A DNA stretch of 64,000 nt from Gonapodya sp. JEL0774 (GCA_027604505.1 JADIIX010000087.1:1-64000); one strand, 5' to 3'; numbered from the stretch's first letter, positions 1-14,082 are shown. Numbers and translations are program-made. The notes: generated by a model from the letters alone, not told the origin.

Positions 1-649
1 GGGGAGGTAGTACCAAGTCAAGAGGGCAGGAGACAGACACAGAAGCAGGGAGACAATAGTTCAACTCTTGATAGAGAGTTGATATATCCATTTGATCCAG
101 ATAATCGAAAAATCGGAGCGAGAGAGCAGCATAAAGTGAGCTACAAACACAAAGACTGCTTGGGGGCCCGGAGGAGGAAGACCGGGAGGGCATCTGCGCG
201 AAGTGACATGATTCAAAAACGAGGGATCACAGCGGGGGTCGTTCTTGGGGACAATTTCGAAGCAGAGAATGTAAGAGAGTGTATTTGACTGTGGGTCATA
301 TCTATCGAGGTCATGCCCCTTGCACCAGGTCATGACCTCAGTACTCCGTGGGTTATAGACAGTCCCAGTCATTCCGTCGAGGCACTTGGAGAAAATCGAA
401 CTGATTCATCAAACAAGAAAAACAAACGTGTTTTATTTGGTATAAATTGGTCAGTGATACGTTATGTTGGAAACTAATTACTTCCTTGCGACCCAGGAAA
501 TTGTCCGCTTCGAATTGGACGTTTAAAATGGTGTTGAGTATACATACCTGTAGGGTGAAGGAAGTCTTGCAACTGGATGGTTGAAGGATACGAATGCACC
601 AAGACGACAAAGCCCACTCTCCGATACTGTTTCAGAGTCGACGGAACTT

Positions 650-3239
650 TCAAATTTGTCCCCGGATGTCAATCTTCTTGGTTATTTGATTCAGGCGTGC
701 CACCAGAATAGGAAGCGCGACCTTAACATCAACAAGCAGGTTCCTGGGGAGTTCGTTCTGGGGCTGCGGCTCGTCGACATCCATTTGATCCCCACGTGAA
801 GCTGACAACGATGCAAAACTAAGGCCATTTGTTGATGAAAGCTCAAGCTGCCCAAGAAACTCCACGAGATCGAGAATATCGAGGGAGTGATCGGATTTTC
901 GAAAGCCCAGCTCTTCAGCGGCAAATTCAAGGGAGAAGTTCATCTTGTAAGCCGAACACATAACTTTGAGTGCCCGAAGACGTTCACGCATGACAAAGTG
1001 ATCCATAATGTGTGCGCTGAGGATTGGTGGGACCTCGTGGTATAGAACAAACAACGTGTGGTAGTCCCCCTCCGCGACGGCTTTCCTAACTGAGAGTGCA
1101 TGTTTAATGTTGACGTCGGCTTTTTGCTCTGGGCTAAGCTCCTTTAGCAAGGTGTTGATATCTAAGCAGAGACAAAAAGATGAAATATATCATGGCCGGA
1201 CAGGAACCAAACCCTTGGACTTACCTCTTCGATTCAGTGTATGAAGCTGATAAAGCAATCGATAAGCGATAAACTCGTTGGTGCGAGCGCTATTCCCAAC
1301 TTCTCGATAAAGATGTTTCAATTGTGTCTGACACTGATTGAATTCACCCAAATCGGCCTGCAGAAACGTCTTTAGCTGAGACTCCACAGGACGTTTATGA
1401 TTGCAGTTCCCACCTTGACTAATGCTATGCGAGCGTGCTCTTCATAAACCTGAATCGTGAACTTGTTCTTGATGCGCTGAACGGTGAGATCTTGGCGAAT
1501 GCTTTTAAATTGATCACAAATGTAAGTATAGTCCGGGTTGCTTTCCCACTTCTTCAACAATTGTTTGAGAGATTTCTCCAGAATGTGGAGGGGTCGGACC
1601 GTGGAAGGGTCGGGTGCCTATGCGAAATATCACTTGAGCGAATCAGACACACGTGAAGCCAGAAACCACGACGCACCGAAGTAAGGCGTAGGTAGGGTTT
1701 GTCCAGTCTTTCAGATGTGCCAACAATGGTGTACTTATCCCAGTCAATAACATTCGGGTCAGGTGTCGACTCGTCAGTATCCGGAACGTCCAAAGTCGAT
1801 GCAATGCTACGGCGAACAGTAGATGCCTTTTTATTCTTCTTGAGAGCTTGGAACAATGGCTGGTGGACCTCCTTCGGTGCAAACCGGTTGGCACGATTCT
1901 CGCGCCTCCGCTGTTCATCGTCGTCGTCAACTCCAGTGAACAGGTCCCAAGATCTCCCGGTTTCCTTATCAGCTTCGCTTGTGGGCAGTTCGTCCAGAAG
2001 TCGCTTCCTCTTGCCGTTTAACTTGGGTGAAGAATCTTGCGGAGGAGTCTCAGAACGTGATTCCATTGCATCCAGCTGCACTTTGGGAGCAGAGAGCTTT
2101 GTTGCAACCTTGGTTAGCCCAAATTTGACATCTTTCTTCTCTGGTGGTGGGTTGCACATTCTGCGTTTCACAAGGATCCAGACCAATGAACTGGTGGCGA
2201 TTCATCAAGCCAAACTTCAACTCACGGAGGTAATTCTTTGTTGTCCCAATCGATGTTCCATAGGGTACTGGAATTAGCAGCAGTACCTACGACTTCTCCC
2301 AGCCATTTCTCGGCGGCAGGACGGGTGGTTGGATTGCAAGAAGTGAAAACACGCTGCACATATCGCCTATAAACATACGGGACACCCAAATGAGAGAACA
2401 ATTTTGTATGAATCCGCAGGATATACAAACTTGAGTGATTCAGGCCACCCTTGAGTCTGCTTGGTCTTGGAAGAGTCACCTGTCGGAGTAGAGTTGTTAG
2501 TGTCTTTCTGAGCCATATTAGCACCTGTAGAGGAAGGAGCTGAGGTTGTAGGATGAGCGTGTGGTGAGTTCGAGGCCGCACTCGATCCAGAACTTAAAAA
2601 TCGGGATGGAACAGCAGTGTACGCTGGCATGGTAAGGAAAGAAAGTGCAACAGAATGCTCTCAGGCGCAAGGCAAGTCGCTTTGTACCCACCTGGAGCGG
2701 ATTCGTAAGTGACTCGATTGTACGATCCACCAGGAGGTGGTGGCACGTATGATACCCCCGAAGATCCCTTGTGTGCCGCAGGTTTGTGCCAAGGAGATTG
2801 AGGAGGTGATGCGGTTGCTGCAGCGGCCACCATTTGAGCCTGGGTCGTGGCCGAGGATGGGTATGTGGCCGGAATGGACGCGTATTGATTATAACTTGAT
2901 GACCGGCAGACCAATTAGCTAGTCGGAAACAGGAATGAAGTGATTCCACTCACGCAGCCATTTGGTAGTAAGCAGCATAGTACGGGTCAGAGTAAGTCGG
3001 AGTTTGGGTTGTCGTTGTTGCTGCGACACCCGGAGCAAGTGGCTCTGAAGCACCGGTAGAAGTAGCAGCAGTTGGATAGTACGAATACGCCTGCGATGGG
3101 TAGGCGTAGGTTGCTTGTTGGGGATACGGCCTGGTAACATTGGAAGACGAAGGCGAAGTTGGACGGTCGAAGGGCGGAACATAATCGATTCTCTGCTCCC
3201 TCACCAAGCTGCCTGCTGGTATTGTGGGTATTGCTGCAT
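650..3239 (-). CDS. SAC3/GANP/THP3 family protein (LENG8-like), multi-exon
   Basis: Exon peptides [74 protein letters not shown] and C-terminal KIDIRGQI are typical of THP3/LENG8. Probable start [12 protein letters not shown] at 3239 followed by a GTGAGG donor. Confidence 0.9.
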
Positions 3240-3367
3240 TGCAGCTGCAGCTTGTTGAGATGAAGTCATGAAAGAAGTGTGTTTCAATTCTGATATTCGC
3301 TGCAGTGCTATGCAGCTGTGCCACACTCCCCCGACAAATGTAAACGTCAAATGCTCATGTATTTATT

Positions 3368-5254
3368 CTACCAAATGGAGCGCATCAATAGACTTCGAAT
3401 TTTCCAAAGGGTTACTGCACCCAAAGCAATTCTTGAGATAAATGCCGATATCAGCGAAATCCGTAAAGCGACAGCGTACGAAAGACTTGATGAGGATTTC
3501 CTGTTCGACAATTAAGTAAAGTGGAAGTTGATGGCCAAGCTACAAACAGGACATCACCCAGAGCCCATCACGCAGGTCCACTCACCCTGTTGCCTCTCCG
3601 AGCTGGGCACCCTCTATGCTCTCGTCTTTCGCGAGAGGTATGACATCACCGGAATCTTCACCGTCTTCTCGCCTTGAGCCGAGCATTGGCTTTCGTCGAT
3701 GGACTTCATCTGACTCGTGGTGCAGCACTTTCATGAAAGTGTTTACGTCCCATGCCTCAAACGTAGGCTTGGCATGATAGTGCAGAGGATAACGTGGAAC
3801 GATCTCCGAAGGAAACGTCAAATCGAGCAAGTCTGAAGTCATCCACAAGGTGAGACCCCACAGAACTGGAGGAGAGTCCTCACAGGCGAAGTCGTCGGTG
3901 GTCATAACATTATTGCTGCCAACGCTCCTTTGGCCCTTCGGAGACGCTTCAGAAGGGTGTACGGACGGAGGTTTCACGGAATCATTTGATCCTTGCCCTT
4001 GCTTTGCGGATCCTGTGATGTCAAACCAACCTGATGCGGTGACCTTTCCCCGACTTTCCTCGTCCGGAGATGATTCCACTATAGATGAATGCATTGATTT
4101 CAGGAGTCGGTCTTCGTCACCATCAGCTACGTCGAAATACTCTTCATCTTGGATCTGCGAATCTGTCAGACCGAGTCTACGGGAAGATCCAGAAAGTGCA
4201 AGTTCGCTGAGGTGACCATCCAGGTCCTCGTGCGTATCCTTTAAACCTTCCAAGAGGATGCCACCAAACGAAATCTTTCCGAGGAGGAATCCCGTAAATA
4301 TTCTGGTGCAAAACACAAAGAGTTTTCCTACAGGTCCCCCATTCTTCTCGAGGCCCTTAAAGAGACCGTTGTCGAGAATCATGGATGAAACTTCGTAAGT
4401 AATCGGTCTCCAGTGGGGTGATTTGGAGGGATCGGGTAGGCGGAGTATATCTCGTAAATGGTGTAGGGGGACCCAGAATGACTCCGCGATTTCGCTCTTT
4501 TGAAGACGCATTTCGGGGGTCTCCGGAATTATCTGAATGTAGACTGGTAGATCGCTTAAGAGGGACGTTCTTTCCGCTTATGGTCTATTTAACACCCACC
4601 GAAGCAAGAAATGGTCATCCATTTTCTGCTCCCCGTGAAGGCTTTCACCTCTCTCTGGTCGATCTCTCCCACGTAGGAAAACGCCTTCGCATCGGTAAGG
4701 TCGAGTCCGATCTCCTCATAGGTCTCGCGTACTGCTGTAACCTTGTCAGTCTCTCCACCCTCCTGCCTTCCTCCTGGCCAAGCAATGTGTCCACTCCAAC
4801 GATCACGAGGATTTATGGCACGCCTTAAGGTCCACAAGTGGAGTGGTTTGTACCGGAACATCAAAGGACAGATACATGAAAGTAATCAATATGAGATTCC
4901 ATATTGTGATTCCGGGAAGATTTTACCGGCAGAACAATAGCTCTGGTGTGCCACCTTCGATCCATTCTTGCTTCAAAAACTCCGCTGACGAACTAGGAAA
5001 CGAAACCGGATGCTGCGCTGGTCGAATTTTCATTTCACGAGCAACCGATCAGCGACAGGTACGTAGGGATCCCGCATTGCGAGAGAGAGAATTCTACCAT
5101 ATGCCAAAGCCCCCTTCCTTGTGGGTGTAATTCGTATCAATGCAACGACTGATGCTCGCTTTCCGGGATCTGAGTACCGTCGAACCGGTAAAGTTGCGAG
5201 ATGGTGAGCAAGGCAGCGCAACGGTGCGATCCGGTCGATTGTCGTGTCTGCCAT
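3368..5254 (-). CDS. Nudix hydrolase (CoA-pyrophosphatase-like subfamily) with a hydrophobic C-terminal tail
   Basis: KRASVVALIRI, then RRAINPRDRWSGHIAWPGGRQEGGETDKVTAVRETYEEIG (Nudix box GX5EX7REUXEEXG), and LWGLT. A last exon after the donor at 3585 reads GKSSSSLSYAVALRISLISAFISRIALGAVTLWKIRSLLMRSIW*. Confidence 0.85.
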
Positions 5255-5349
5255 AAAAGTGTATTCAGATTCCGGTCCGGTGTTCCCGACCGGCGTTTGT
5301 GTGTAAATCCGTAATCTGTCTAAAATACGCATTTCGCATCTCTATCTAT

Positions 5350-7566
5350 TCAATTCAAATGAGATTTCCCGTTCTCAGCAGTGTGTCCTTTGCCGTTCCT
5401 TTCAAAACTGAGGTGCTTAGTATGCCCATTCGCTGCACCGTTCGCCTTCGTTTGATCAACCGCCGGCTGGCGGTACTTGCCATCCTTCCACAACTGAATT
5501 ACTTTCATGAAGTACTTGCATGAGTCCCTCATCGTTCTCTCCTGAGTTTCAAAATTCGTCTCAAAGAGTCCGAAACGCGATTCGTATCCTTCTGCCCATT
5601 CGAAGTTGTCTAGGTTAAAATTGTAATGCAAGTGTTGGAAGGGCAAAATTCCGGTTACTGGATCGACAAACGACTGCACCAACCCATAAGTGTCCAATGA
5701 AAATATCCTCGTACGTCAACCCCCTCCGAAATAGCCTTGCTCATCGCATACAGATATCTTCGGAAAAACAGATGTCGTCTGGTATCATTAGCATCAGCAA
5801 TGCCATTTTCCGTCACAATAACCGGCTTATTTAAAGTAGCCATCTCCTTGAGTGCGTGGTAAAATCCCTCTGGATACACGGAGTAATGCATATCAGTCAT
5901 AAGTCCATCTTTGTTGATGAGGGAAATGATGCCATCTTGGTGCCACTCCCATGGATGGCCGAAACCGGATACGTTGTGGCTGTAGTAATTTAGTCCTATA
6001 AAGTCCATTGAGTTGGGACCGTCTGCGTTGTAATAATTAGCTAGTTGTAGGAAAGGTATGTTGAAAGGAAGTACGTGTAGGTTATAATTGCCCTTTGGGG
6101 AACAACAGCAATTGCTCAGAGAAGCGGACGATACTCTCCGGCAAAAATAGATTGCAGGAGATCCACGGAAGTCATTCCCACTCACTGAGCGGAAGAACTC
6201 AAGTAAGCTCCCATTCATAAGCCACTCAGTTCGCCAGCTAGCAACGACTTCGATAGGGTTCAGCGGGTTATTGGGCTCGTACTGAAAGTAGGACTTTGCC
6301 CATCCAATCATGGTTTTATCACCGCCGGGCATGCTTTTGATGAGCTTGTAGCATTGGACGTGTGCATCGAGAATATTGGTCATAACCACACCGACTAAGT
6401 TGTGTGCGGTGCGTTTGCCTATGGTTTCGAGGGACCAAATAAGATTCGATGTCAGCGAGTGCATAAACGACGATTCGTTTTAGATATGAGCTTCACCTGG
6501 TGGATGAACCCCAAGAATCCAACCGCAGGCGGCATAACCCTCTGGCTCGTTGAAAGTGCACCAGTGCTTTACCCTGGTGCCGAATTCGGCAAAAACCACT
6601 TTGGTAAAGAAAACAAAGTCTGGGGGATACAGTTGAGGCATTATAGTCTCCGCATACGTGCGTAGCAGAGAACAGGAAGAATTCCAGGCTCACGTTGAAT
6701 ATTTTCTGCCTTCTCCCATCCACCCTTTTCTTCAAACCAAATAGGATTCGTAAAGTGAAAAAGGGTGATCATAGGTACGATTTCCTTAGCTTCCAATGCG
6801 TCCAATACATCCTTGTAGTGAGCGAGCGCTTCCCTGTCTACCACTCCTTCGCGTGGAACGATTTTACTCCATTCGATGCTGAATCGATATGAATTCAGAC
6901 CAATAGCACTCATGAGTTGAATGTCCTCAGGATATCGGGTCCAATGTTCACAGGCGACTAAAGCTGAGTCACCGTTATGTATGGCAGGGGAGCCATCAGG
7001 CTTTTTCACTGCTTCAAATTGAGCCCAATTGTTGTTGGTGCAACCTAGGGAGTTCGAGGTGAGTGGTTTGGATGCTTCCACATTCAATGAACCCGATGTT
7101 ATGATCATACCTCCCTCAACCTGGTGTGCAGCAGTAGCCACACCCTTCGCAGATATGCAAAAATTTGATTGCTGTACCATCATACGCAGAGCAAGACGCA
7201 AGACGTTACCCACCCACAAGAAGTCCGCCGGGAAGGCAAGGTTGTCAGTGTTGATCTTCTTCCTCAACCGCTTTTTAGCGTCCACGACAGCATGGTCCCA
7301 CCCCCAATACCTTGTAAAGTAGTAAGAGCAGTGAGATCAATTTGAGTATCGGACGAGTGGGTTGGTCGTTTGACTGCGAGGTGCTCACCTGTGCTTGTCA
7401 TAAAAGAATACGTAAACTCGCGCCGCCGCCCTGGAAGGATAGCGCAGTTCATCTCAGTCAGCTTGTTTGGTTTAGAACACCTCACCCCAAATCCCCACCA
7501 TAACACTATCAATGCTGGTGCAGCCGGAAGCAGATAAGTGAACGATTCCAGAAGGAAACTCATCAC
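5350..7566 (-). CDS. Glycoside hydrolase family 1 beta-glycosidase with a hydrophobic N-terminus
   Basis: FPADFLWGVATAAHQVEG, YRFSIEWSKI, acid/base motif WCTFNEP (about 6545-6565), DFIGLNYY, nucleophile motif VTENG, WTLM/DNFEWAEGY. Start approximate. Confidence 0.95.
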
Positions 7567-8030
7567 TAGGATGCTTCAAAGCAGCCTACATCACGTCAAA
7601 ATAATCAGGAATGAGTAGCGAGGCTTCAGAGCTGTGTTCTAGATTCTAGACCGCTTACGGTGTTATAATTGAAAACAGATGGTGTACTGGGCAAACGCAG
7701 ACTGGTCGCCGCAATGAGCGAGCTCAAGGGCAATGCCAATCAGAATCAAAGAATTAACTTACATGTAAAGCCTGTTCCGTAATATTAGGTGCTGTTCTGT
7801 GAGTCCGATGGGCAATCGTAGGGGTATATAGTCTCGAGACGGCGCAGGAACCAACGACAAGAGTTCCCCAGAAAGATTTGGATTCCACGACCAATCGCAA
7901 GACTGCTCTTGTTCAGTATATTCGCGCCTCCACCAGATGGCGATGGGGATTTGATGAGGGTCCGTGCTCACGAACTTCTAGAGTTCCTTCCCGTTTGCAT
8001 CATATATTCATTTATTTACATGTATGAAGA

Positions 8031-11000
8031 TCATCCAATCTCCATGTCCTCGTCGTCCTCTTCCCGATACTCACCATTGTCCTCTTCCTCCAGAAATTCA
8101 CTGTCACCCTCTCGCCCGTACTCAAACCTCCCAAGTCCACTCCCTTGCTGCTTCCCTGTAAAATAGTTATCCCCATCCCCACTGGTTCTTGTTAACCCGA
8201 CAAAACTTTTCCCGACCATTCGGAATCCCGATTTGGATACAGCTCCCTGCATTATTTCATTTCCTCTTGCTTCCTCCCTAGGTCCTGGTGAGGTCTCGTC
8301 CATGGACGCACCACCCTCGCCCATCCAACTCTTTTCTCGAACACTCATGTCTCCACTCATGGGCCCATCACGCCCACTGATTGCTCCTGGAGATATCAAG
8401 TCCACCTGACCCTGCACTGAGACAGGAAATCCACCATTGCTTGCCTGAGGCTTCGCCAGACGCGCCTTCAAAGCGATGGGCACGAAAAAGCGATCATCCA
8501 GGTTATTTGCGGAAGGAGAATTCCGGGTTTCTTAGGACGAAGTCCGGATGAATGACAATCAACGGTTTTATAACATTGACAACTATTGCGGCTCACCGGC
8601 TTTGCCCACTTCCTCAATGGCTTTTACCAGCATATCCTGACAAAAGTCGCTCGGACCCATTGCAAGAGCCCTGTGGTAACTTTCAATGGCTGTCCCCAGT
8701 CGCCAAGCCAGGTGATCGGCAAATGCCAAGCCGATGTGGGCAGGCTGGTGGTTCGGAAAGGCAGTAAGAATATGACGAAAAGTTGTGGAAGCTTCGTCGT
8801 ATCGACTGAAGGTAGTGGCGCGGGGCATTGGGGACGCTAGTTCATCACCTCGCGACAATGTCGTTGATGCAGTCAGTATCAAACTCACCTGAGCTTGATC
8901 AATGTGTTTCCTACGTTGCACCACGTCTCCTTACACCTTGATGGACACCTCATATCAGACTCCCCCGCCCACTGCAAGGCTTCTCTGAAGCATTGGAGTG
9001 CTTTGAGGTAGCTATCTCCGCAAAGCAAAAAGATTAAGGCAAAAGCATAAGCCTTCCCGAGCCCATTCACGCATTCTTCCTAGATACTCACCTTCCCTCC
9101 CTGTAGTGGTACATGCCCTTTTCGTTGTGCACTTGCGAGTCGCTAGGACACTTCTTGGTTGCGCTGTCAAAGTATCCCTTGGCAAACACAAGATTGCCCT
9201 GCTTAAGATGCTCCATTCCAATGAACAAATCTGGTAGGTGCGACCTGCCAATTTGAACCGAGTGTTTGTATGAACCACTCAAGAGCACCCCTGACGCTTT
9301 TGAACCGACCCGCTCACAACCTTTCCTGCCTCCGCATAAGCCGCAACCGCACTATCGTGCTCTCCTTCTTCCGCAAAACCGTGACCAAAACCAATCCATG
9401 CCTCACCCCGACTGTATTCGACCTGAGTACATCTAAGGAACCATTTGCGAGCCTCTTCGAATCTTCCAGACGCTAGGTGATAGCACCCCGAGGCAAAAAG
9501 AGAAAATGAGGCATCAGGGTGATGTGTGTGAAGAAGATGCGAAAAGCGAAAGAGGGGAGTTGGGAGCCGGAGGTGAGTGAGAAGTGAGGCATGGAGGAAG
9601 AGAGCAGATGGGTTGTGTGGATCTTGCGAGAGGAGACTGTACAACCACAGCATTGGAATTACAGCAAAGGCGCACCCCGGGCGTCTTCAATTCCAGCGCA
9701 ATCACTCACCTCGCCGTCACCTCAATAGCATCACCCCACCTTCCGTCCACCATGAGCCCTTCTGCCCATGCCAATTCAACGCCACCTCTTCTTTTCACTC
9801 CAAACTCCCTTTCCAAAGCTTCAATGGTCCACCGCAGGCGAGTTAGAGAGCCGGCACCCAACCGAATCAAATACAAAAGAAGAAGCAGGCGGCGAAGTGG
9901 CAACGGGAGGTGTGAGGTTGGCAATGTGCTGAGGAATGTGTCAGCTGGCAGTACACCGAAGAGGTTTGAGAGTCAGAGTGTAACAGGAACAAGAAGAGGC
10001 GTCAAAGTTCCACACGACAGATTTCGAGTCATTTATGCATTCCATTCGGGCCAGGTACGTAAAAAGGAAGACTCACTACTTCCCCATCCTCCTCCCAGAC
10101 CCCTCATATGCCCAGCAGCTCCTTCAACTCCCTCCCAACATCGAGGATCCCCTTTGGCAGCTTCTTTATATGCCCTTATGGCAGCACCCTCATTCCTCTG
10201 CTGGCGATCAGCGAGTGCCTGGAGCGACGCCAGGATAACTTGCGGTGGAAATGGGACAGGAGGAGGCGTAAGTGAAGGGAGCTCTATAAGAGGTTATGGG
10301 AATAGCATCAGAGGGTGAGCTGAAATCCGTTCATCAGGACACAATTTTCATTGCAACATTGCCGCAACCACATCTTCAAGAGTGGTCCGTTGAATTAATT
10401 GATCTCAGGGTGGCTTCCCTGGACCGCCGACTGACAAAGGAAGGGAGAAATCTCATTGCGAAACTATCTTCGCACTTGCCGATATTCTTAATCGATGGAT
10501 TGTCATTATGCTCGCCCTCTTGCAGCGTGCCTTCTACCCACCGTTCCAATCATCTTCCAATATTGGCCCGACCCCGCCCACTATCAAAGTTTCCTCACGT
10601 ACATCGTCCATATCGATGCCGAGCACCCTCTCCTGAGAGATTGCATCACGAGACCTTTTCCTTCCAGCAACAGGCGCCGGCGGCGCAACTGTGTAATGCT
10701 CGTTGGGATGGTGGTTTGACTGAAACATGGTGAGATGCGCTGAGTGTTTGAAAATTTTGGGTTCGTTGTCGGATGAAGGAAGTGGGGAAATCGAGAGTGA
10801 AGAGTTGGTGTTAGCAAACGACTGAGCGGTAATGGAAGAGCTTGCGGCAGTCATGCGGCCGCGGCCTCGACCCGGCCCAGTGGTACTACCGAGTCGGGGA
10901 GAGCCGGCAGTTACTGAAGAGTTGATGGCTGGGGCGTCCAATACAGATGCTGAAGAGGGACGGGAGGAGGAAACAGATGCTGAGGAGTTGACAGATGCAG

Positions 11001-11778
11001 GTCCAAGCGCCTGGCCCGGAGTTCTGCGAGAAGGTTGATTTGGGACAGGGACAAGATGTGATGATTGCGACGTAGCCGTAGATGAGGTAGCTGCTGATGA
11101 AGGGGCAGTTGAGCCGGAATTGACAGGGTTTTCAGTTGATGTCGCTCCCAGTGCGCTCCCCCACCATCCTCCACCACCCTGGACAGCTGCAGCCACTGCT
11201 GGTCCAGCTGCCACGCGGGACAGTCCAACACTGCCACCTACACCGAGTGCAAAATTTGCAGCGAGTGCATCAAGCGGAGTTGAGTTTGATTGGGGGTCAT
11301 ACGGATTTCGGCCGGGTTTGTCCGGCGAGAGAACTGCTTTAACCTCGGGCCATCTCGAGAGAGCAGCAAGGCACTCCGCAGCAAGCAGACGTGCATCAAT
11401 ATCCCGTGCTTTTAGGGAAGGGGAGAGGAAAGAGAGAGCTCGCAGGTGCTGCCGAGAAGCGTGGAACGAGCGGGCAAGAGCGAGGGCGTCAGCAGGAGCG
11501 GCTGCGTTGAGCCGCGGGGAGAGAGCAAGAGAAAAGTGATTCAATTGACGAAAAGCCGAACACAAAAGGTCTTGTTGAATTCCCTGGTGTAACGCAGGAA
11601 TGGATTGCCACCGAGCAACGCACTAGGAGAAAGCCCGCTTCTTTGCCATCTCGCTTAGCAACTGCTCACCGGTGATAGAAAGTACGGCGTCGCCCCAGAA
11701 CTGTGCACTCTCTTGCAAGTGAGCATCCATAGCAGCGTCTCGCCACTGCCGAAGGTACGGCACTACCCGATCCACCAT
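8031..11778 (-). CDS. CDC16: Anaphase-promoting complex subunit 6 (Cdc16/Cut9), TPR protein
   Basis: First exon MVDRVVPYLRQWRDAAMDAHLQESAQFWGDAVLSITG; AWIGFGHGFAEEGEHDSAVAAY; HLPDLFIGMEHL; TAIESYHRALA. Confidence 0.88.
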
Positions 11779-12216
11779 CACTCATCCAGCACTGAATGGA
11801 TCGCAAAAATCGAGAGTAGTCCCACTTTGGGCTGAAAATTCTTTGGAAATACTTGTGCACAAACTGACCATTGGTGTGGCATGGTGCCATGTTGAAATGG
11901 CAACCCACCGTGCACAGATGTCTGAACAAGTAGCTATGCTTTCATTATAGTACAGACTGATCTTTCATAGCTATATTTGCTAATGTATTTTGCCAATTAG
12001 GTTGAATAGTGATGTGGGCAGAATATTCCAACATCCCTACCTCCCAAAGACCTTGGAAAAATGAGTGACGTTTACAGGGTTTCCAAATCAAAGTTTCATT
12101 GTCTCACAACTTCAAGCACAGTGTGTGACAGGTATCCGTCGTTAGAGCATCTCACTTCGTAATTTTGTATTTTGAGTGAAGAAGACCTCTTTCTCAAGCA
12201 CCAAAGAACCCTCTCC

Positions 12217-13697
12217 ATGGGCGGCCCAAGGAGACTCGAGACGATTATCAGACGCGGACTCGTTCGAATGTCATGGGACAAAACTACCGTTTACAATCTG
12301 ATGCAGCGGACCCGCATGCCAGACAACCAGAGGAGTAACACATTCAAGCAGACCTGGATCGCAAAGAGGGAGACTAGAGGGTACCATGGAGAGGGAATTC
12401 GTGAGGGTAAATTTCTAAGAAGCCATTTTGATCCCTTGATTAAGCTGCCAGGTGCGTTGCGATGGTGCATCAATCGTGGGACTTTGATCCCACACTGTAT
12501 CACATTATCAACTGTACTTCCATCTCGATCCCCAGATATGCATTCCCACCCCGAAGCAATTAAGCGGCTACCTCCCATCGCCATGTTGTGTTTCGCAGAG
12601 CTTGAACGCAGACTTGACATCGCTGTATTCAGGTGCCATTTCGCTCAGTCGGCGGTAGCCGCGCGCGGATTGGTCGCGCACGGGCACGTGAAAGTCAATG
12701 GAAAGACGGTGAGTCAGGGAGTTATAGGCAATGCCGCCCAATCGATACATGACGAGGAACTCATAATGAAGGAAGTCACCAAACTCCAGAAGTGACGATT
12801 TTACGAGAAGTATTTTGTTTCCTGTTCTCAGTTACGGAAGCTTGGAAACAACTTTGCTGGACTCAAAATATTGTGGTCTCTGTCGTTTCCCCCACTCCGG
12901 CGCCAATCTTAAAACTGCACTGATATGTTTAGGTTCAAAGTCCGTCCCACGTCCTCAAAGACGGTGATGTTATCTCCGTGGACCCCTCCGCCGTCATTCT
13001 TCTCCGATCGCAGGAGGAGATTGACGCGGAGACCCCAGTCGGGAAAGAGGTGCAAGCGGCCGTGCCCGACGCTGAGGAAGAAGGGGCAACCACAGAGACG
13101 GATGCTGAAGGTCCGGAAGGCACCAAGGGGCAGGCAGTTGAGAACGAGCAATCGAAGTCGGAGGAGAATCCAACAACCTCCGATCCCACTTTACCGTCCA
13201 AGAAAACCCGCAAAACCTTCAAACCGCCCAACATGGCCCTCTCGCGCCGCTCCCTTCGGCGTGGCACTCCACTTGTCTTTTCTCCTCCCCCCTATCTAGC
13301 ACCGTTCCTCTTCCTTCCAGAATACCTCGAAGTCAATTACCCCACCCTCTCCGCCGTGTTTCTCCGCTCTCCTACCGTCCTGCCTGGCCGGTGCGAGCTC
13401 CCCACGCCCTGGCCAGCTGAGCACCACGCCTTAGCCTACGAGTGGTACTCACGTAAATACCGGGCAATGAAGCCCCGTCGGACCACCGAGGTGAAGGAGT
13501 TAGTTGCTGGTCAGCAAGTGAGATTGAAGAAGAAGCATGGGGAGATATGGAGGCATGGGGAGGAGAAGAGGCAGAGAGAGAGAGAGAGAGAAAGAGTAGA
13601 GGCGGAGGTCCGGGAGACAGAGAAGGCAAGGACAGAAGCAGCATATGGTGGGGGGGGTTGGGGGAAGGGCATACCAGTTCTTGTAGATGGGCGTTAA
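12217..13697 (+). CDS. NAM9: Mitochondrial small ribosomal subunit protein uS4m (Nam9-like)
   Basis: RMSWDKTTVYNL, TFKQTWIAKRETRGYHGE, S4 domain LERRLDIAVFRCHFAQSAVAARGLVAHGHVKVNG, and PFLFLPEYLEVNY...AYEWY. Confidence 0.92.
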
Positions 13698-14082
13698 ACC
13701 ATGATGAGGTGCATACGCTGCAAGATGTCAAGTAGAAAGCCACGGTATGTAAATGAAAGCTGATAGAATGACAGGTGCCACCAAATCCTTCGGGGAGATT
13801 AGAGAAAGACTGTAGAGGGCGAGGAGACAAGTCAGCGGGAGCACCGTCCATCATACCCTGCAATAGTTCTCACTAATTTCAGGAAATTGGGCTCAGTGTA
13901 CTTCGTATAGTTTCGGTTTCTGGAGTATCGTGTTCGTCACGATTCACGCTCAATCAAATCATTACATGTCATCATTACAAAATCTGCTCTTGTCCCGGTA
14001 GGGCAGACCAGCGATCGCCAGATATACCGCTCACTCGCTCAGAACAATCAACAAAACGAAACGAACTATCGCTTCTCTGTTT

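Noticed and set aside
1..610. Short ORFs at the window start
   Set aside because: No recognisable homology or splice pattern; context truncated.
12709..12932. Box C/D snoRNA in the roughly 220-nt NAM9 intron
   Set aside because: Only imperfect C boxes (TGACGA), no convincing terminal stem or rRNA complementarity recognisable.
13570..13592. (GA)n microsatellite
   Set aside because: Encodes a charged RERERE helix inside the NAM9 C-terminus; ordinary.
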